A DNA stretch of 64,000 bases, taken from Bilabrum cf. latius. Taxonomy: Eukaryota. Location of the stretch: the NCBI GenBank assembly GCA_965178125.1, contig OZ237742.1, positions 868,001 to 932,000 on the forward strand. The letters are read 5' to 3'. Shown here in pieces: positions 35,725-49,643 of this stretch (the first letter of the stretch is position 1; every line of letters begins with the position of its first letter). The notes under the pieces were generated by a model. That model was not told the DNA's origin and did no database searches. It saw only the letters and a list, made by a program, of their open reading frames with translations. The translations under genes and the position numbers were made by a program.

Positions 35725-38700
35725 ATGGCGCAAAGCACCCTGTTTGATGCAGGAGAAACGTCCCAAGCCGCCCCATCCGGGTTTCTGTCTTTTGGTAGTG
35801 AAGGCAGTTCTATGAGGCATGGATCTCGAGTTGGTCTGGATAAACCAGCGTCAGTTGGTTCATCTTTTGCATTGGTGCCACGACGAACCCCACTTGGAGC
35901 TACTGACAGGAACGCTAACCCTGCCGCAGCGACGGTTCAAGTTGGGAGCACCCCTGGTACGTTTGGGCAATCTTTCGCAGCAGACGGTAAGACTCATCAA
36001 GATCAGTTTGTAACTGTAATATGTATCGTTCCTCTGCCCGACCCGCACTGCCGAAAGCGTTCTCGTACATGATGCGCAGGAGCTGAATCTCTCCTCGGAT
36101 CGGACAGCCGCTTGCGACAAAGCCTCCCTGGAGTCTCTCCCGTCGGAGGCAGCAATTCTGACTAGAGCAAGGGAATCATGGGCATAAGCACCGTGCAACC
36201 GTAGCGAGCACACGCATCGACCCGCCAGCACGGGCCTGCGCGGGCTTCCCCAGGAGCCACATCGGGCCGCGAGAGAGGCGCTAGCAGCGGAGGCACTGGC
36301 AGCGGCACTCGCAGCGAAGGAGTCGCGAGCACCGATACCGGGAGGCAGCGACGACCCGTGCGTCGCTCTCTGGGCACCTTCTCTGGCGCATCTGAAAGCC
36401 CGCTGCAGGCAGCTGACCTGGCAGCAGCTGCTGCCTCCTCCTTCGTCTCCTCGTCCACGCCCTCCCCCGACTAGCCCAATGCAGGGGCAGACACACCAAC
36501 CGCCGCGACAGCCAGTGTCCGAAATCGCCAAAGCATGGCTGCTGGATCATCATCCCAGTCAAAGCGCAAAGAGGGGCACAGTTAGCATAAGCAGCCCCTG
36601 CCCCACCACGCCCCGCTGCAGACCCCGCAGCCGTCGCACAAGGGCTCGTCGAAGCGGGAGCAGTCCCTGTGCCGTTCTGGCATTAGCATTGACTTGGAGC
36701 AGGCGCACAGGCCCTCTGCAAAGGTAGTGGCTAAGTTTAGCTCCAGGCTGGTGGACGACCTCAAGGACTCCAGGATGGGCACGCCGGTGGCTCCGGATGG
36801 GTCTGAATAGGAGACGCCAACGGTTGTTGGAGCCGCCACCTCTCCCATGCCGGCAGCTGCGAGACCCAGCCAGTCGCCAATGAATGGTGGTATGGATTCA
36901 TCACCGTCACCATCGTCTGTGGGTGAAAGCCGCCACGGCAGGCTTGCAGGTGATGGTGATGCTGGGGACAGCCTGGGGCGGTCTGCCCTGCGAGCCAGCC
37001 AGCTGCAGTCGGTGCTTGCAAGCAGCGGCCGCGACCATGAGCACGAAGGGCAAAAGCAAGACGTCTCCGGCGATCAGTAGCTTTTCGAGGGGACATGGAG
37101 TAGTGACCAGGACAATGAGGAGGAGGAGGACGAGGACTAGAGCACAAGCGTAGGGAGCTGGAAGAACGTAGGACAGTCTCTGGCTGCTGCAGGACTGAGT
37201 GCAGAGGCAGACGCAGCCGATGTGCTAGAGCAAGGCGACTTCAGCGGGAGCCTCGGGCCGGGCACCGGCTCTGCAAGCGCTGGAGTGCGCGCGCGAGAAG
37301 GGTTTGGCAGCGCGGGCAGCAGCAGGGCACAGACCCCGCAGCCGCCCCAGAACGAGTACCTCTCCACCGTGCTGGAGGCCACTGAGGACGGGACACAGGG
37401 AACGAATGGATCGGTATCCAGGGCACACATGGGCGGGGGTGATAGCACAGCGGCAGGCTTCGAGGGAGAAGCCTCCCGCCAGGGCCGTTCCACCCGTCTC
37501 CCGCTCGGTCCTACGGAGCGCAGCGGCATGGGCTTGGACCGTTCAGAGGGGCTCCTTCGTGTAGGGCATCACTTGTCTGCTGTCGGATCCCTGCCAGGCT
37601 AGCTGCCAGAGAGCAATCAACGTCTTGCTGGCTAGTACCGTGACGAAGGTGCAGGCTTCGATCAGCAGCAGCAGCAGGAGCACCTTGAGCAACAGCACAT
37701 GGCAGAAGAGAGCGAAAGCGAGAGCGATGGTCAAGATCCCGAGTCGGACAGCGGCAGTGAATCGAGTGGACTTGATGCTGGGCTCGATGCCATCATCCGA
37801 CAATCCAACGCGTCTTCCTCCGCTGCAGACGCAGACGCAGATGCCGATGCCGTGTCCGGTGGCGGTGGCATTCAGGACCACGATGGTACTCGTGAGGCTG
37901 AGAGCACTGGCGAGCGTGAGGAGGACAGCCACGGCAACTGGGCAACTAGCGGAGATACGAGTGGCACACACGGCGGCGTGGACAACGCGGCAAAGACCGG
38001 CCACATGGTTGCATCCGATAGCGATGGTCAGCAAGCGGACAGCCCTCGTATATCGGAAGCACAGCCACCGGTCCCTTCACAGAACCAGGTAGAGGGCTCG
38101 CCGTCTGCCAGGAGTAAAGCTCACAGTCTTGCGCAGGAGCTCGCGCAGCCCGCCACACAGTTCGCGAGCGACCGACTCAACCCAAGCGAGGATGCCACCG
38201 CCAGGGAGAGAGCCAGGGCAGCCCATGCCGCTGCCAAGAAGGAGCAGGCTGCGAGAGAACGGGCGGCGGCAAGGGCGCAGCGTCGCGGACATGCAGTGTC
38301 GCGGGGAAGAGGAGCATCCAGAGCTGGGGTGCGTGGTCGCGGTCGCGGCCGTGGCCGTGGCCGTGGCCGTGGCAGAGCAGGGGTAATGCAGCCGAATCGG
38401 CCAGCAGTGCTCGTCCCCACCACTCCCGGAACAGAAAGATCACTCCGTCAGTTTGAAGCGGACGTGCGCAGGATGGGAGTCACGTTCTCACCGGAGGTGT
38501 CCAAGCAAGCATTGGGCGTGCCTGTAACAGTCTCTGAGGCACCAGCAAACCAAGAGCAAGCATGCAACAGAATTGCGAATGAAGAGGCACCCAGCACACC
38601 AGAGTCCTCTGCCAGATCACGGAGCAGACGGGCGGCTGCTGCTGGAGAGCATTTGAACTCGATTGGACCCGCTTCCTTGCCCACGGGAGGCAACGATGAA

Positions 38701-41700
38701 TCAATTGGCCAGTCGACCCTGCCGCCATCGCTACCGGACGCGACCCGAAGCATGATCCCGGCCGATACCCCGCGCACTGCCGCCACCAACGCACGAGCGC
38801 TCCGGGATGCTGCCCGTAGCAGGCCGAGCACAGCGAATGGATCAGGGAGCAACCGGTCCATGCAAAACTAGGAGCACAAGCGCTCCTCAAGCGGGACCGC
38901 GAGAAGAAGCCTCGAGGCAGATCCCAGGCCCGAGCAACGGCAGGGTGGTGATGCCATGGAGCATGCAGCTGCTGGCCCAAGCAAGCGTGCGGTCCCCGAT
39001 GCAGCCGACTAGAACGGTCAAGGCGATCTGGCACAGCAGCCGAATCCATCCCAGAGCGATTCGTGGCAGTTCGCTCCCGCGGATCCTCAGGCCCTGTTCG
39101 AGGACTCCTTGATGGATTTTGGTCACAGAGCCAGCGCGATCGTGGCGGCAGCGAAGAGCCCGGAGCCGCCGCACCAGGCGGGCATGAGGGGCGTTCAGCT
39201 ATCCCTGGCTTCGTCCTCGGTCCGTAAAACAGGTCATGGGAATGGTCACGGCGCAGCAACGAAAGAAAGGGCTCAAGCATCGGCGCCGCAAGAGTTGCCG
39301 AAGGCCTTGTCCGCAACCAGCCCAGCGAACGGGCCGAACGAACAAGCAGCCGATGGCAGCACCCAGGTAGATGACGACGAAGACGAGGATGAATTCGTCT
39401 CTGGTGAGGCTGCCGCCAGGCGCATGGAAGACGAGGAGCGCAAGCGGGAGCAGGAGCGGGAGACGAAGGAGCAGGAGCTCGAGGAGGAGCTCATCATCAC
39501 CAAGGCAGCGCTGGCCAGGGCGGAAGCGAGGGCGGCCAAGGCGGAGGGCTCCTTCTCTGGAGCTGACGCTGGCAGCGGTACCGCTGCCTCGTGCACGCCA
39601 TCGGGGGTGTCGTGGGCCTTCGGGCCCGACGTCGCTCCAGCGCCAGGCACTGGCACAGGAAACACGACCGCGGCCTTGGAGTCTGCCGCGCGATCCCTCG
39701 ACCGATCCAACGGTGGACAAGAGTTTCCTAGGGAGAGGATGAATGTACCAGGTCGCACGCCCAGCATGACACCCCTGTTTGCCGCCCACAGTGCGCCCCT
39801 CGGTCGCATCTCGGGCACCAATACGGGCAATGGAACGCCTGCCACTGCGCCTCGATTCGGCCAAGATGGGCTGCGGAGCCCTTCTGGACTCGATGCGCGG
39901 GACGGTATGGAGCCTCTTGCAAGGCGATCATTGGACGCTGGGACGCGTGCTCAGCCACCTGCCACATTTAGTATGAGCAGCTCTGCAGGCAGCCAGACGG
40001 GCAGTGGGACAGGTGCGTACGAGAGCGCGAGGCAGCACTGCGGCACATCTGACCCCGACCGGTGCGACACGGTGGAAACTATCGAAGAGCGCCCGACAGC
40101 GTCTACTGTTGCAGCTGCAAGCACGAGCACTATGTCATCCACATCCGACTAGGCCAGCGAGGTAGGACACCGCGCGATTCCCGCACACGGTCGCTCTCGG
40201 CTCGACGGGCCTTAGGTGTTGACGGTGCCGGCCCGACGCGAAGGTCATTGCAGCCAATCCACCGATGAATCCGGGCTATCTCAGGACGACAAGCATCGGC
40301 CACGAACTGCCAGCTAGGGAGCTTCTGCCCTATGTCCACCCCCGAGATTCATCCGCAAGGCGAGATTGGAACAAACGGGAGCCACAGACAAGAAATTGGG
40401 CGCCTCTGTCACTTGCATTGACCAACGCGACATGGGGCACGCCCACACAGCTTCAAGTGCTGGTAAGGAGGCACACTTTGGTGGGTCCAGCACCGTAGAG
40501 GTTGCCGACAGTCCCACGACTTCGACATAGCCGGAAACGCAACCGCCACAACTGGGCCAGCCCCGGCCCCGGGCCCGGGTGCGAGATACGCACGGATCCG
40601 GCGATACCACCAAGCCTCCGGCGGTAGCCAAGTCTGGTTCACCGGAAGTCGCTGGGCCCGTTGCAGCTGCAGCGTCCACGGCACCTCTGCTTGGCAGGCC
40701 TGCGACAGTGATGTCGGAAGAGGCCAGCAAGGCGGCTGCATCTGGAGGTAGACCTGTGGCGCGCAGTGGTTCCATACTACAGCAGCAGCAGCAGCAGCAG
40801 CAGGTACGGCAACAGTCCCCTCGCATTCGGCTGCTGCTGCCAAAGAAGCTTCAGCGATCAGGCGCCAAGCTTGCCCTGGCTGGCGGCGGCGGTGCCCAGG
40901 CCCGCAAGGTCGTGCCTCTGCGGCTGTCGACTGATGGGAAACCCGGGACGCCTCCGATGCCTTTCTCCCTACAGGCGGTGCTTGGTGTTGAGGGCCTCGC
41001 TGCAGGAGGCGTGTCGAGCCTCCAGCTCGCAGTGATGCAGGGTGCCGTTGCGACCGGAGTAGCGCTGCAGGTAAGCCCATCTGTTCTGGAGTCGTAGTTC
41101 CCTGCTGGATCTGGCAGTGGCACCGCGTCCTGGACCGAGGTTGCGCTGGTTCTGGCGGGCAAGCTAGATTCTGGCGCCGTGGGGGGCATCCAAGTGAGCT
41201 CGAAGGGCGGCTGCATCCATGCATTTGTTTCGGTCACGGCCACGTTCAAGGGATCAACCGTTGGACAGACATTCTGTGTTCCGCTGGTTGTCGATCTTGG
41301 CACTGGATGCGCAGCTGGTGCCGACTCTGGAGGTGCATCAAGCAGGACAATCAAGAGCGGTGGCGTGGCGCGGTCGATTGGCATCCAGGGCAAGCGGGGC
41401 ACTGGGACGAACGCAACAGCCCCAGCGGCGCGCCAGGCACCGCGACCTCCAACCGAGCACCTGCACGCAGTTCCAAGCTCCGCAGTCTCCATCCAGACAG
41501 CGTCAGCGACCGCTGTCACTCAACCTGCGGCATCCTCTTGTGGTATGACCGAGCCGCAACCTACCCCTGCGGTAAGCATCGCACCTCCTGCAGGCCAGCA
41601 GGTGGAGCAGCCGCCCGCAGAGGGCAAGCCGGAGCGCCCGCGCAGGCCGAGGCCGAACCGCGTGGGGCCTCCAGGATCGGGACCCGAGGCCTCCGGTGTG

Positions 41701-44700
41701 AACCACACACAGTACTAGGCTCGACCACCAGTCCCTGCAGCAAGCCGTGAGGTTGTCGGCCCTGCGGCTGCCAGTATGCCGGGTGCGGGCCGGTGCACGC
41801 AGCACAGCCCACACAGGGTGTCGGCAACCCGAAATGGTCGCGCGCCGCAGCCGCAGAATCAGCAGGCAAGCAAGCCTTATGGTGCCGTGCGTGCTGATCT
41901 TGCACCCGGTGTGTCATCGGCCACGGTTGCGGCTCGCAGGACCGCCCCTGCCAGAGAGGAGCATTCGCAAGCGAACCATAGGCCCGGTCCTTTCAAACGA
42001 CACGCAGTTGATAGCGGCACACAGTGCGATGTCCAAGCAGCAGGGACTGTCACACGCACACGCAAATCAGTCGGCGAATCAGCAGCAGCGACAAGTAGTG
42101 CGAGCTACAAGAGCTATAGGGACGAAGGCACTCAGATGACGCCTGCGAAGCCTAGCAAGCCCAGTGGCCAGATGGGCCGTACCAATCGTGCAGACGCAGG
42201 CACCGTGAGCGAAGTTTAGAGCCGGGCTGTCGGCAAGGAAGAGGAACCTAGTGCGATGATTGCTCTCCCGCACACGTCCAGCAACACCGCAGGCGGTGTC
42301 GCCGCAAAATCGAGCAGAGTGTCTGGGTCACCGGTTGCTCGTCATGCCCGGGTGCTCCGCGCCCATGATGACACGGTGGACTCCACGCCAGCCTCGCCCG
42401 CGCAGCCGGTGCTTAGTCGCTCCGGTAGGGAGGTTCTAGGTCAGAGCGTCAGCGTCCCAGATGACAAGCGGGTCGTTTCTTCTCCCGTTGATGCCGTTCG
42501 CGGGCTCCTTGGGAAGACATCGCAGGAGCATCCCGATCACACAGCTAGCGGGGACTCATTGCCTATTGCAGGATCTGGATCTGGATCTGGATCTGGAAAG
42601 CAGGCCAAGCCCGCCGTAAACGCTGCTCCGCTGGGAGTGGACGGACCTAGGCGAGTGTTGCCGCAGGATGACTCGTGTGATGCGGCAGAGGGCGAGTCCC
42701 TCATGTCACCAGTCACCAGGTTTGTGAACGGCATCGCCTCGGCTCTTGCAAAAAGACGAAATGCTTCTGTTGCGCCCCAGCACAAGCACGGCGACGCAAG
42801 CCAAGGGCAAGATCCTGACGAGGCCAACTCCATCTCATTCGAGAACACGAGCGCTGCAATGCAAGGGCAGCAGCAGTCCTCTCATGAAGAGACTGGCACT
42901 GATCGAGCTGAGGACGACAAGAGTCTGCAAGAGCCGCTGGAGGACATCCAAGACGACATTATCGATGAGAAGGACACGTCCAATGTCACTGGTGATGTCA
43001 CTGCTCCGCCTTCCGCGGAGAGGCCCAGCCAGTCCGTCGCCAAGAGCTTGGCCATCATCGTGGAGAGGGCGAGGAATGGGAGGGCCCGGCCATTGACCGA
43101 CTCAGAGGGCGAGCACAGCAGCATCCGCGAGGGGCACATCGATCAGCTCTCGCCCATTGCGCGCCACGCACCTACCCCTGGTGCTGTTGCTGCGTAGCGC
43201 AAGGAGCTCGTGGGCCTCCCGGCCGACCGAGTGATGGCGCGCGACCTCGAGCGCGAGATGGAGGGCGTGGGCTCCATCGAGCACGACCTCGAGGACGTCC
43301 GGAGCCGCAAAGGCACATCCAGCACGGACAGCCTGCCGCTCCCCAGGGAGCCCATCCGCGTGTCGAGTACTACCGGCGCCTGTAGCCAGCAGGCTGCAAA
43401 GCCTGTCGAGCAAGTAGCGGCAACTCCGCCATCTGCGGCATCAAGCCGACCCAGCTCTGCCCAGAGCGACGCACGGAGGGGAATCGCATCGGCCATGAAG
43501 CACGTGCAAGAGGCCAGAGATGCGCTCCATACCCAGCCGAGCAAGAAGGCCGCGCGTCACCACGCCGTACAGTCCTCAAGGCGGAGGCCAAGGCACGTGG
43601 TACCTGCTCTCAGGATTGATGCCGACAAGCAAGGCGGCAGAGGGCGCACTCCGGTCGAAGCAAGGATGCTGCACGGCGGGGCTGCTGGGGGACACCTGAG
43701 CGCTCTTGGCAGGCTGCAGACGCCGCCGTCACCCACCCGCCAGGGTAGGAAGAAAGCAACCGTTAGAGGTCATCGGACCGGGGCGAAATCCTCCAATCGA
43801 GGGAAGGATCTAGCCACAGCGGGCAAGGAGGGAGCTAGTAGAGTAGTGAGGTCTCCTGTGAGGTCGACGGTCGGCCGACAAAGTACTTTTACTGGTCAAT
43901 CATCGCCTGGGTCGTCGCATGACAGGCAGCAGAATGGACCGCAGGCACAGCAGCGACAGCAGCGCAGGCCCTCCCCTCTGCGGCGGTCTGTCGCTTCGAT
44001 CGCGCGAGTGTACGGCGGTAGCTCAGCAGCTGGCCGCCCAAGGTCCCAGGCGCGTCCGTCCGGCGCGCGCCCCCCGCTATCGCCGCGCCCCACAATGCAG
44101 CGCTCCTCGTCTCAGACTTCCCTGGCATCCAGATCCGTGGGATCCAGGTCAACCGTGTCAACGAAGCCATTGCGTGCGAGTCCCAAGTCCAAGTCGCTGG
44201 AGAGGAGCATGGCTAGGAACCGGTCCTCGTAGCTGTCCGGCAAGCGTGGCTCAGGTCAAGGCGCAAAGCGAAAGGGCACAGGCAAGAAGAGCAGCAGCAG
44301 CAGCAGGCGGAAAGGAACGAAGGGCAAGGCTAAGGGCAAGACTGCGTCTCGGGTGAAGACAAAGAAGTCTTCTGAGGAGTCATTGGTCACGGCTGGTAGT
44401 GCGGAGACCTTGGTCCCTTCGCCCAACGTCTCGAAGAAGGAGAGTGGCACAATTGCTGTCCACGAATGGGCTCCTGCACAGAGGTCTCTATCGCTTTCAA
44501 GGAAGCTGGAGGGCGAGCTGGACGCTGTCTCGAAGCGGGATGGGCAAGTACGAGACGGTGACGAGTCTGCGGATGGCGGACACCACAGCATCTCCCTGAA
44601 CATGAATGATGGCGCGAGCGAGCAAGGACCCGGATTTCATCAGCAACAGCACGTAAGTGAGTCAGCCGAGTCAGCCGAAGAGGGCAGTAGCGCGGATGAA

Positions 44701-45849
44701 GTGGCCGAGGTCAACAGGTTGGTGCGCTCCGCAGTGGACACAAGCTGGGCATCGGTCGCAGGCCACAGCGCCGCAGACATGCGTCGGAGCCATGATGCCG
44801 CCCATGCACCCGAGGGCAACCGGGAGCAGCCCGCAGCAGGCGACGGCCGGCCGCCTCGCCCAGATGCGAGGCAGACTCATGGTGGCCGACCACCGCTCGC
44901 GAATAAACTGCGAAGCAACTCGTAGGAAAGAATGAACGGCTCCCATCAGTCGGACGTCTCCGAGCCTTCCGGCTCGCATGGCGCGGGTCATTCCCAAGAG
45001 CAGCAGTCGCAGGACAGCAGCCGCAGCGTGGGCCAGATCTTGGCCGGGGTGGCAGAGAGCCCTGCGTCTCTGTGGGGAGCTGCAGATGCTTTCAGGAGCC
45101 CCGTGGAGAGGGCTCGTGCCGCAGCCGAGCGGCGCCGTGTAGACCAGCGATAGAAGGAGCCCACAGTACGCGTGCCTATGCATGAGTCAGCGGCTGGCCG
45201 GTAGGACAGCAACCGGTCCCACGCGTCGGCAGACTCCAGCAGCCTCCATGCCTCGAAGATATCTGCTCCACCGGCAGCACACGCGGGTATAGACAGAATG
45301 AGCACAGTGAGCAGCCAGCACCACACACTTGCAACGATGGATGACACCCTTGCTGAGGCCGCCTCAGTTAGGTCACAGGCCTCCAGGGTGCTGGGGTCCG
45401 CAATCAGGCAGCAAGCACACGGGCGCCCAGCGCAGGCGACTAGCCTGAGAAGGCTCGAGTTCCCGCAGGTGCCTGTAGGCACCAGCGCCTAGAAGCGCTT
45501 TAGGCTCAGGAACTCCAGCGGGCACTCGTTGATCGTGCGTGCTCGCATCGAGCCAGCTGCGGATGGCGAGCTGCGGCAGGTGCCAGGTGGCGCTGTGTCT
45601 GGGACCGGCAGCTTTGAGGTGGCTCAGCGCCATGCCGAAGTAGTGCTACCCCCGCACTCGTTCTGCCTGATCCCTGTCAGCTTCAACCCGGGGTCCGGAG
45701 GTGAAGGTGCTCTTGATGGTGGAGTTCAACGCAAGGTGGCAGCAGTGCTGCGGGTGTGGAGTGCTGCTGCAAGGCCAGAGGAGCAAGAGCTGGTAGCTCG
45801 CAAGGGTGTACGGCTGGGAGCTGTGGCTTTGCTTGTGGGGCGTTGGTGA
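35725..45849 (+). CDS. Giant low-complexity protein (~3343 aa) with a C-terminal ASH (ASPM/SPD-2/Hydin)-like domain; join(35725..35986,36080..45849); 24 TAG=Q
   Basis: Fourteen ORF-track fragments share one frame, and the gaps contain only TAG. A 93-nt GTAAG...GCAG intron removes the single TGA. The C-terminus LEFPQVPVGTSA*KRFRLRN...LPPHSFCLIPVSFNP is ASH-like. Confidence 0.8.
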
Positions 45850-45982
45850 TGTCTAGCTCGCGTGAATGTGGCAAAATAAAATTGATTCACGTTGGTATTC
45901 GTTTGACTATGTCCTCGACTCCATACAGTCACACCTGTGGTCCTTTCCGCACGCCCTGTGGTCCCAGCATCAAATACATCAT

Positions 45983-47815
45983 TCAGTTTCCGCCGCCCTC
46001 ATTTGCTGCCTACTGCAGCACCTTCACGCACTCATCATGACCACCTGCCCGGGCTGCTTTGAGTGGTGTGCCAAGCTGCAGCACACCATCGGGCCTTGCG
46101 ATCTACTCGCGCATCTGCAGACTGCCTGCCAGCATGCCCAGTCGTAACCTCTTGGCCAGCTCCAGTCTGGCAGTGCGAGCAGGAACTTCTGGTACAACCT
46201 TGCCTAAGCGGTTACGACACCTGATTGTTCCATGCCCATCAACAGTTGCTTGGTTTTCCTTCCGATTCACATCGCCAACCCACAAATCAAACACCCCACC
46301 GGCCCCCGACCTCCGTTATCTCCTCCGTGGGTCCTCCAGCACGATGCCTCCCTGGTCCAGCATCAATCCACGCCCTGCCTCCCCATCGCTCTGCACCTCA
46401 GCCCCAACGATGTCCTCCTCAATCTCCTCAACGTACAGGCAAGCCACCTTAATTCCCTCCACCGACCGCATCCTATCCGAAAGGTCCATCCAAGCCTCGC
46501 CCCTGGCCAAATCGGAGGGTAGCTTGCCTCTCTCATCTGCCTACACTGCTGCCGCGAGCCGACGTAGCCGTGCTTCACCCTCCACCCACCAGCGACTCAG
46601 ATCAGCAACGCGAAGACCACTCACGTCTGTTCGAGCAACATCGGCTTGTTGTTTCCTTGGCCCGACGTGGGATTCATCGGTATTCAAGCCCGACCCAAGC
46701 TTGCCCTGCAATGTATCTCCGGCCACAAGTCTTCCTGTATGGCTACGGTCATCCTCGTCTTGCTCCTCATCGAGCTGGCCCTTCTCCTTCTCCTTCTCCT
46801 GCTCCTGCTCAATCATCTCGAGCGCAGGAATCGACCCACCAGCCGCCTGGACTGCCCGTGCATCCACCCCAAGCAACTCGTCCACACAATCAGAATGCCC
46901 GCTCTCTGCCGCCCAGTGCAAAGGAAGCTGTCCACTACCTCTGCCAAATACCTGCCTGCGCCACGTGTAGCTCTGAGCCAGTGGGTCTGCACCGCATGCA
47001 AGGAGGAAGCGAACCAGCCCCCGGCAACCGGCACCCGCGGCCCAGTGCAGCGGGGTCGACCCGTTCGCAGCAGGTGCGTTGCATGAAGCACCGCTTGCTA
47101 CCAGGGCGATGGCACACGCCGGGCCATCAGAGAGCTCATGTGCAGCGACGGATTCGAATACAGCACCAATCGTGTTCTACTCCATTAACTGTTGGCTGGC
47201 TATGCTGGCCGCGCGCTGCCACTCCTGCATTGAATTCTCAAAGGCGTATGAGTGCTCCCCATCTTGCACCTGCGCTGCTTCGCAAAGAGCATGAAGGGGC
47301 GTAGCTCCATGGTCTGGATCTGTGCCCATCGCAATGGTCTTGCGTAGGTCGGAGCCTCCTTGCGCCTGAGCGGCCTGAAGGACATCGTGCACATTCTACC
47401 GAGATCCAGCGCGACAACTATTCCACAGATCGCGCTGGAGCTTTCGAGTGTTCTCATCGGTTCTAGTTCTATCGGAATCAAGTTCGTTCATGCCCCTCCC
47501 AGGCAGTCTCGGTGCTTCCATTGCCGAATTTTCCAAGCCCTTGCTTCGAATTTCTGAAAATTCCGATAAATTTGTACTTTTAAGTTGGTCTGTATTTGCC
47601 CCCATGGCTCTCATGACTTGCTTAGCATGGTCTAGAGGGAGCCACACTCGTTTGGCCGCCGCGCTTCCAGGAGATTGCATGGAAACTCTAACCCTCCGAC
47701 GAACGGATAACATGATATCTGTTGAATTGCTACAAAAATTTCTATGCTGCCGAGCCATGCATGATCTCATCGGACTTGTGAAAGGAGTAGGCTGGTCTGT
47801 GCTTTTTGGCATCAT
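45983..47815 (-). CDS. Ankyrin-repeat protein; the 3' end is either TAA 46316 or TGA 45983; start uncertain
   Basis: GATPLHALC, NGSTPLHWAAGAGCRGLVRFLLACGAD, GQLPLHWAAESGHSDCVDELL, RGKLPSDLA. A further GTPLKAARAGGHDECVKVL lies downstream of an in-frame TAA. Confidence 0.72.
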
Positions 47816-47898
47816 TGGCTCTCGTTCTCATCTGCCACTTGTCCCCGGTCAGCCTGCCTATCCACCCTACACAGCACGGAGCATGTCACACACGATAG

Positions 47899-49377
47899 TC
47901 ACCAGTCCATCCAGAAAAAGTACGGGATGTAGGTGTCCATGCGCCCTGGCTCAAACAAAGTGCCGAACTTGACCGTGTTGCACACCCAGCTAAATAGCGT
48001 GCGGTCTTGACCCCCAGCAGCAGCTCTAGATTTAGCACAGGTTGCGTTGGACTCTTTGTCGCCTGTAGCCTCGTGACGCTCCGTGCTGTGCCCTGCCTCA
48101 GAAACCGGAACTACACCCGGGTGAAACTTGGGCGCGTAGCAAAAGTATGTTGAGGCGTCGTTCCACGGAGGTGGGATGGTGGCGACGGTGACGGGGTCTT
48201 GCCAAGGCCCCTGCGGCCCGTTCGCAGACACGTGCATCTGGACCTGGCTGCCGAAGAACGGGATGGATAGCAGAACGTGCTCGCCCTGGAGCAAATGCTC
48301 CTTCTTGAACTTTGCGGCACTCGCTGGGCGATACACCACGCTGGATTCAGGAACGGCGTCAAAGAGTCTGTCGAGGGTAGAGGGGTCCAGCGGCCCCTTG
48401 CCGACCGGGTGCATCACACCGTTGGACAGGAACGTTGCCTCGGATAGGTCGCATCGAGACAGGGCATCTGCGGTGACTGCACCCAGCACTGCCACGTGCT
48501 GGGCGTTGGAGTTTCCTCGCAGCTTTTCTCCCGCTGCCGCAGCTCTGCTACCAGTGCCAGTGATGCTAGCATACCTTGTCCCAGGCTGGCGGACTGCACT
48601 CTGGTAGGAGCGACCGAACCTGACGCGGTCCACCGCCGCGCTCGTCCCTGGGGGGCTGTAGTCGCCGATCATGTACAGGGGCTGGCTCTCGCCCTGTACC
48701 GTTGGCGGGACTACTTTTCCGTTGATGAGGCTCGTGTCCTGAGGAAACAAGGCGGTGCTCCACATGAGGCCGTTTTTGCCGGTCCATGGCAGGTCGCAAG
48801 TCGAGTAGGTCCAGCCTTCCGGCAGCCCGTTCGATGTCGGCGGACCTGGTGGATTCGCGCCCTGGCGAATTCGGATATTAATTACAGTTGTTGCGACGTT
48901 TGCAAACCCTAGTCCTCCGGATGAGGCCCGCACTCGATCGGAAAGCAGCAGGATCGAACTTGCAGTGCCTGAGCTACCTACAGGAAGAGCAGCTACCGGC
49001 CACAAAAAGTCAGTCGTGCTGTTGCTGAGCAAAAAAATGGGATCGGGGCTACCTGCCCCACGGGAGATGTTCCAGCTCCAGTTCATTCTGTCAGAGCCGC
49101 CTGTCATCCACCCCGCAGTATTGTGAGGCATCGAAGAGCCATCCCCGACACGCTGCCTATGCGCCTGGTCAAGGGGGCCTATGAATGAATCTGCAAAGAG
49201 AAATAGGGTGCTCTGCTGCCGGTCGTCGAGCACGATTGAAGTGTCAGAGTCTCCGCCCGACCAGCCTGCGGTGCTTGTCACATTGGTTGCTGCCTGCCAT
49301 GCTGGCGAGGGCTATACTGTCAGGCTACGTGCCATACGCAAACCACAATACAGTACAGATGCCTGCAGCAACAGCAT
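47899..49377 (-). CDS. Secreted DUF4185/DUF5005-like beta-propeller (putative glycoside hydrolase), ~492 aa; TAG 49312=Q
   Basis: Signal-like MLLLQASVLYCGL; GWSGGDSDTSIVL...TLFLFADSFIG; FLWP; GPQGPW; YFCYAPKFHP; YIPYF. TGA at 47899. Confidence 0.65.
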
Positions 49378-49643
49378 ACTCGCACCCTACCTCAAGAAAA
49401 TGGATACTTGGGCCGGAAAGCGTCGGAATGAGAATGAGAACAATTTGTTGGAATCGAACACAATCTATCATCTGGGGAAGCCAAGCAATCACTTCAAAGG
49501 CTACGCGCCAAGCAAGCTGCGGCTTTCGCCGGAGCTTATGGCAGCAGTCGGCCGAAGTCGTCCGCTGACACGTCAGTTGAGAGAGGTTGTCAGCAGGATC
49601 TCTGTTCACAGAGCCCGAGCCAGGCGGGGGTGTGGGTGCATCT

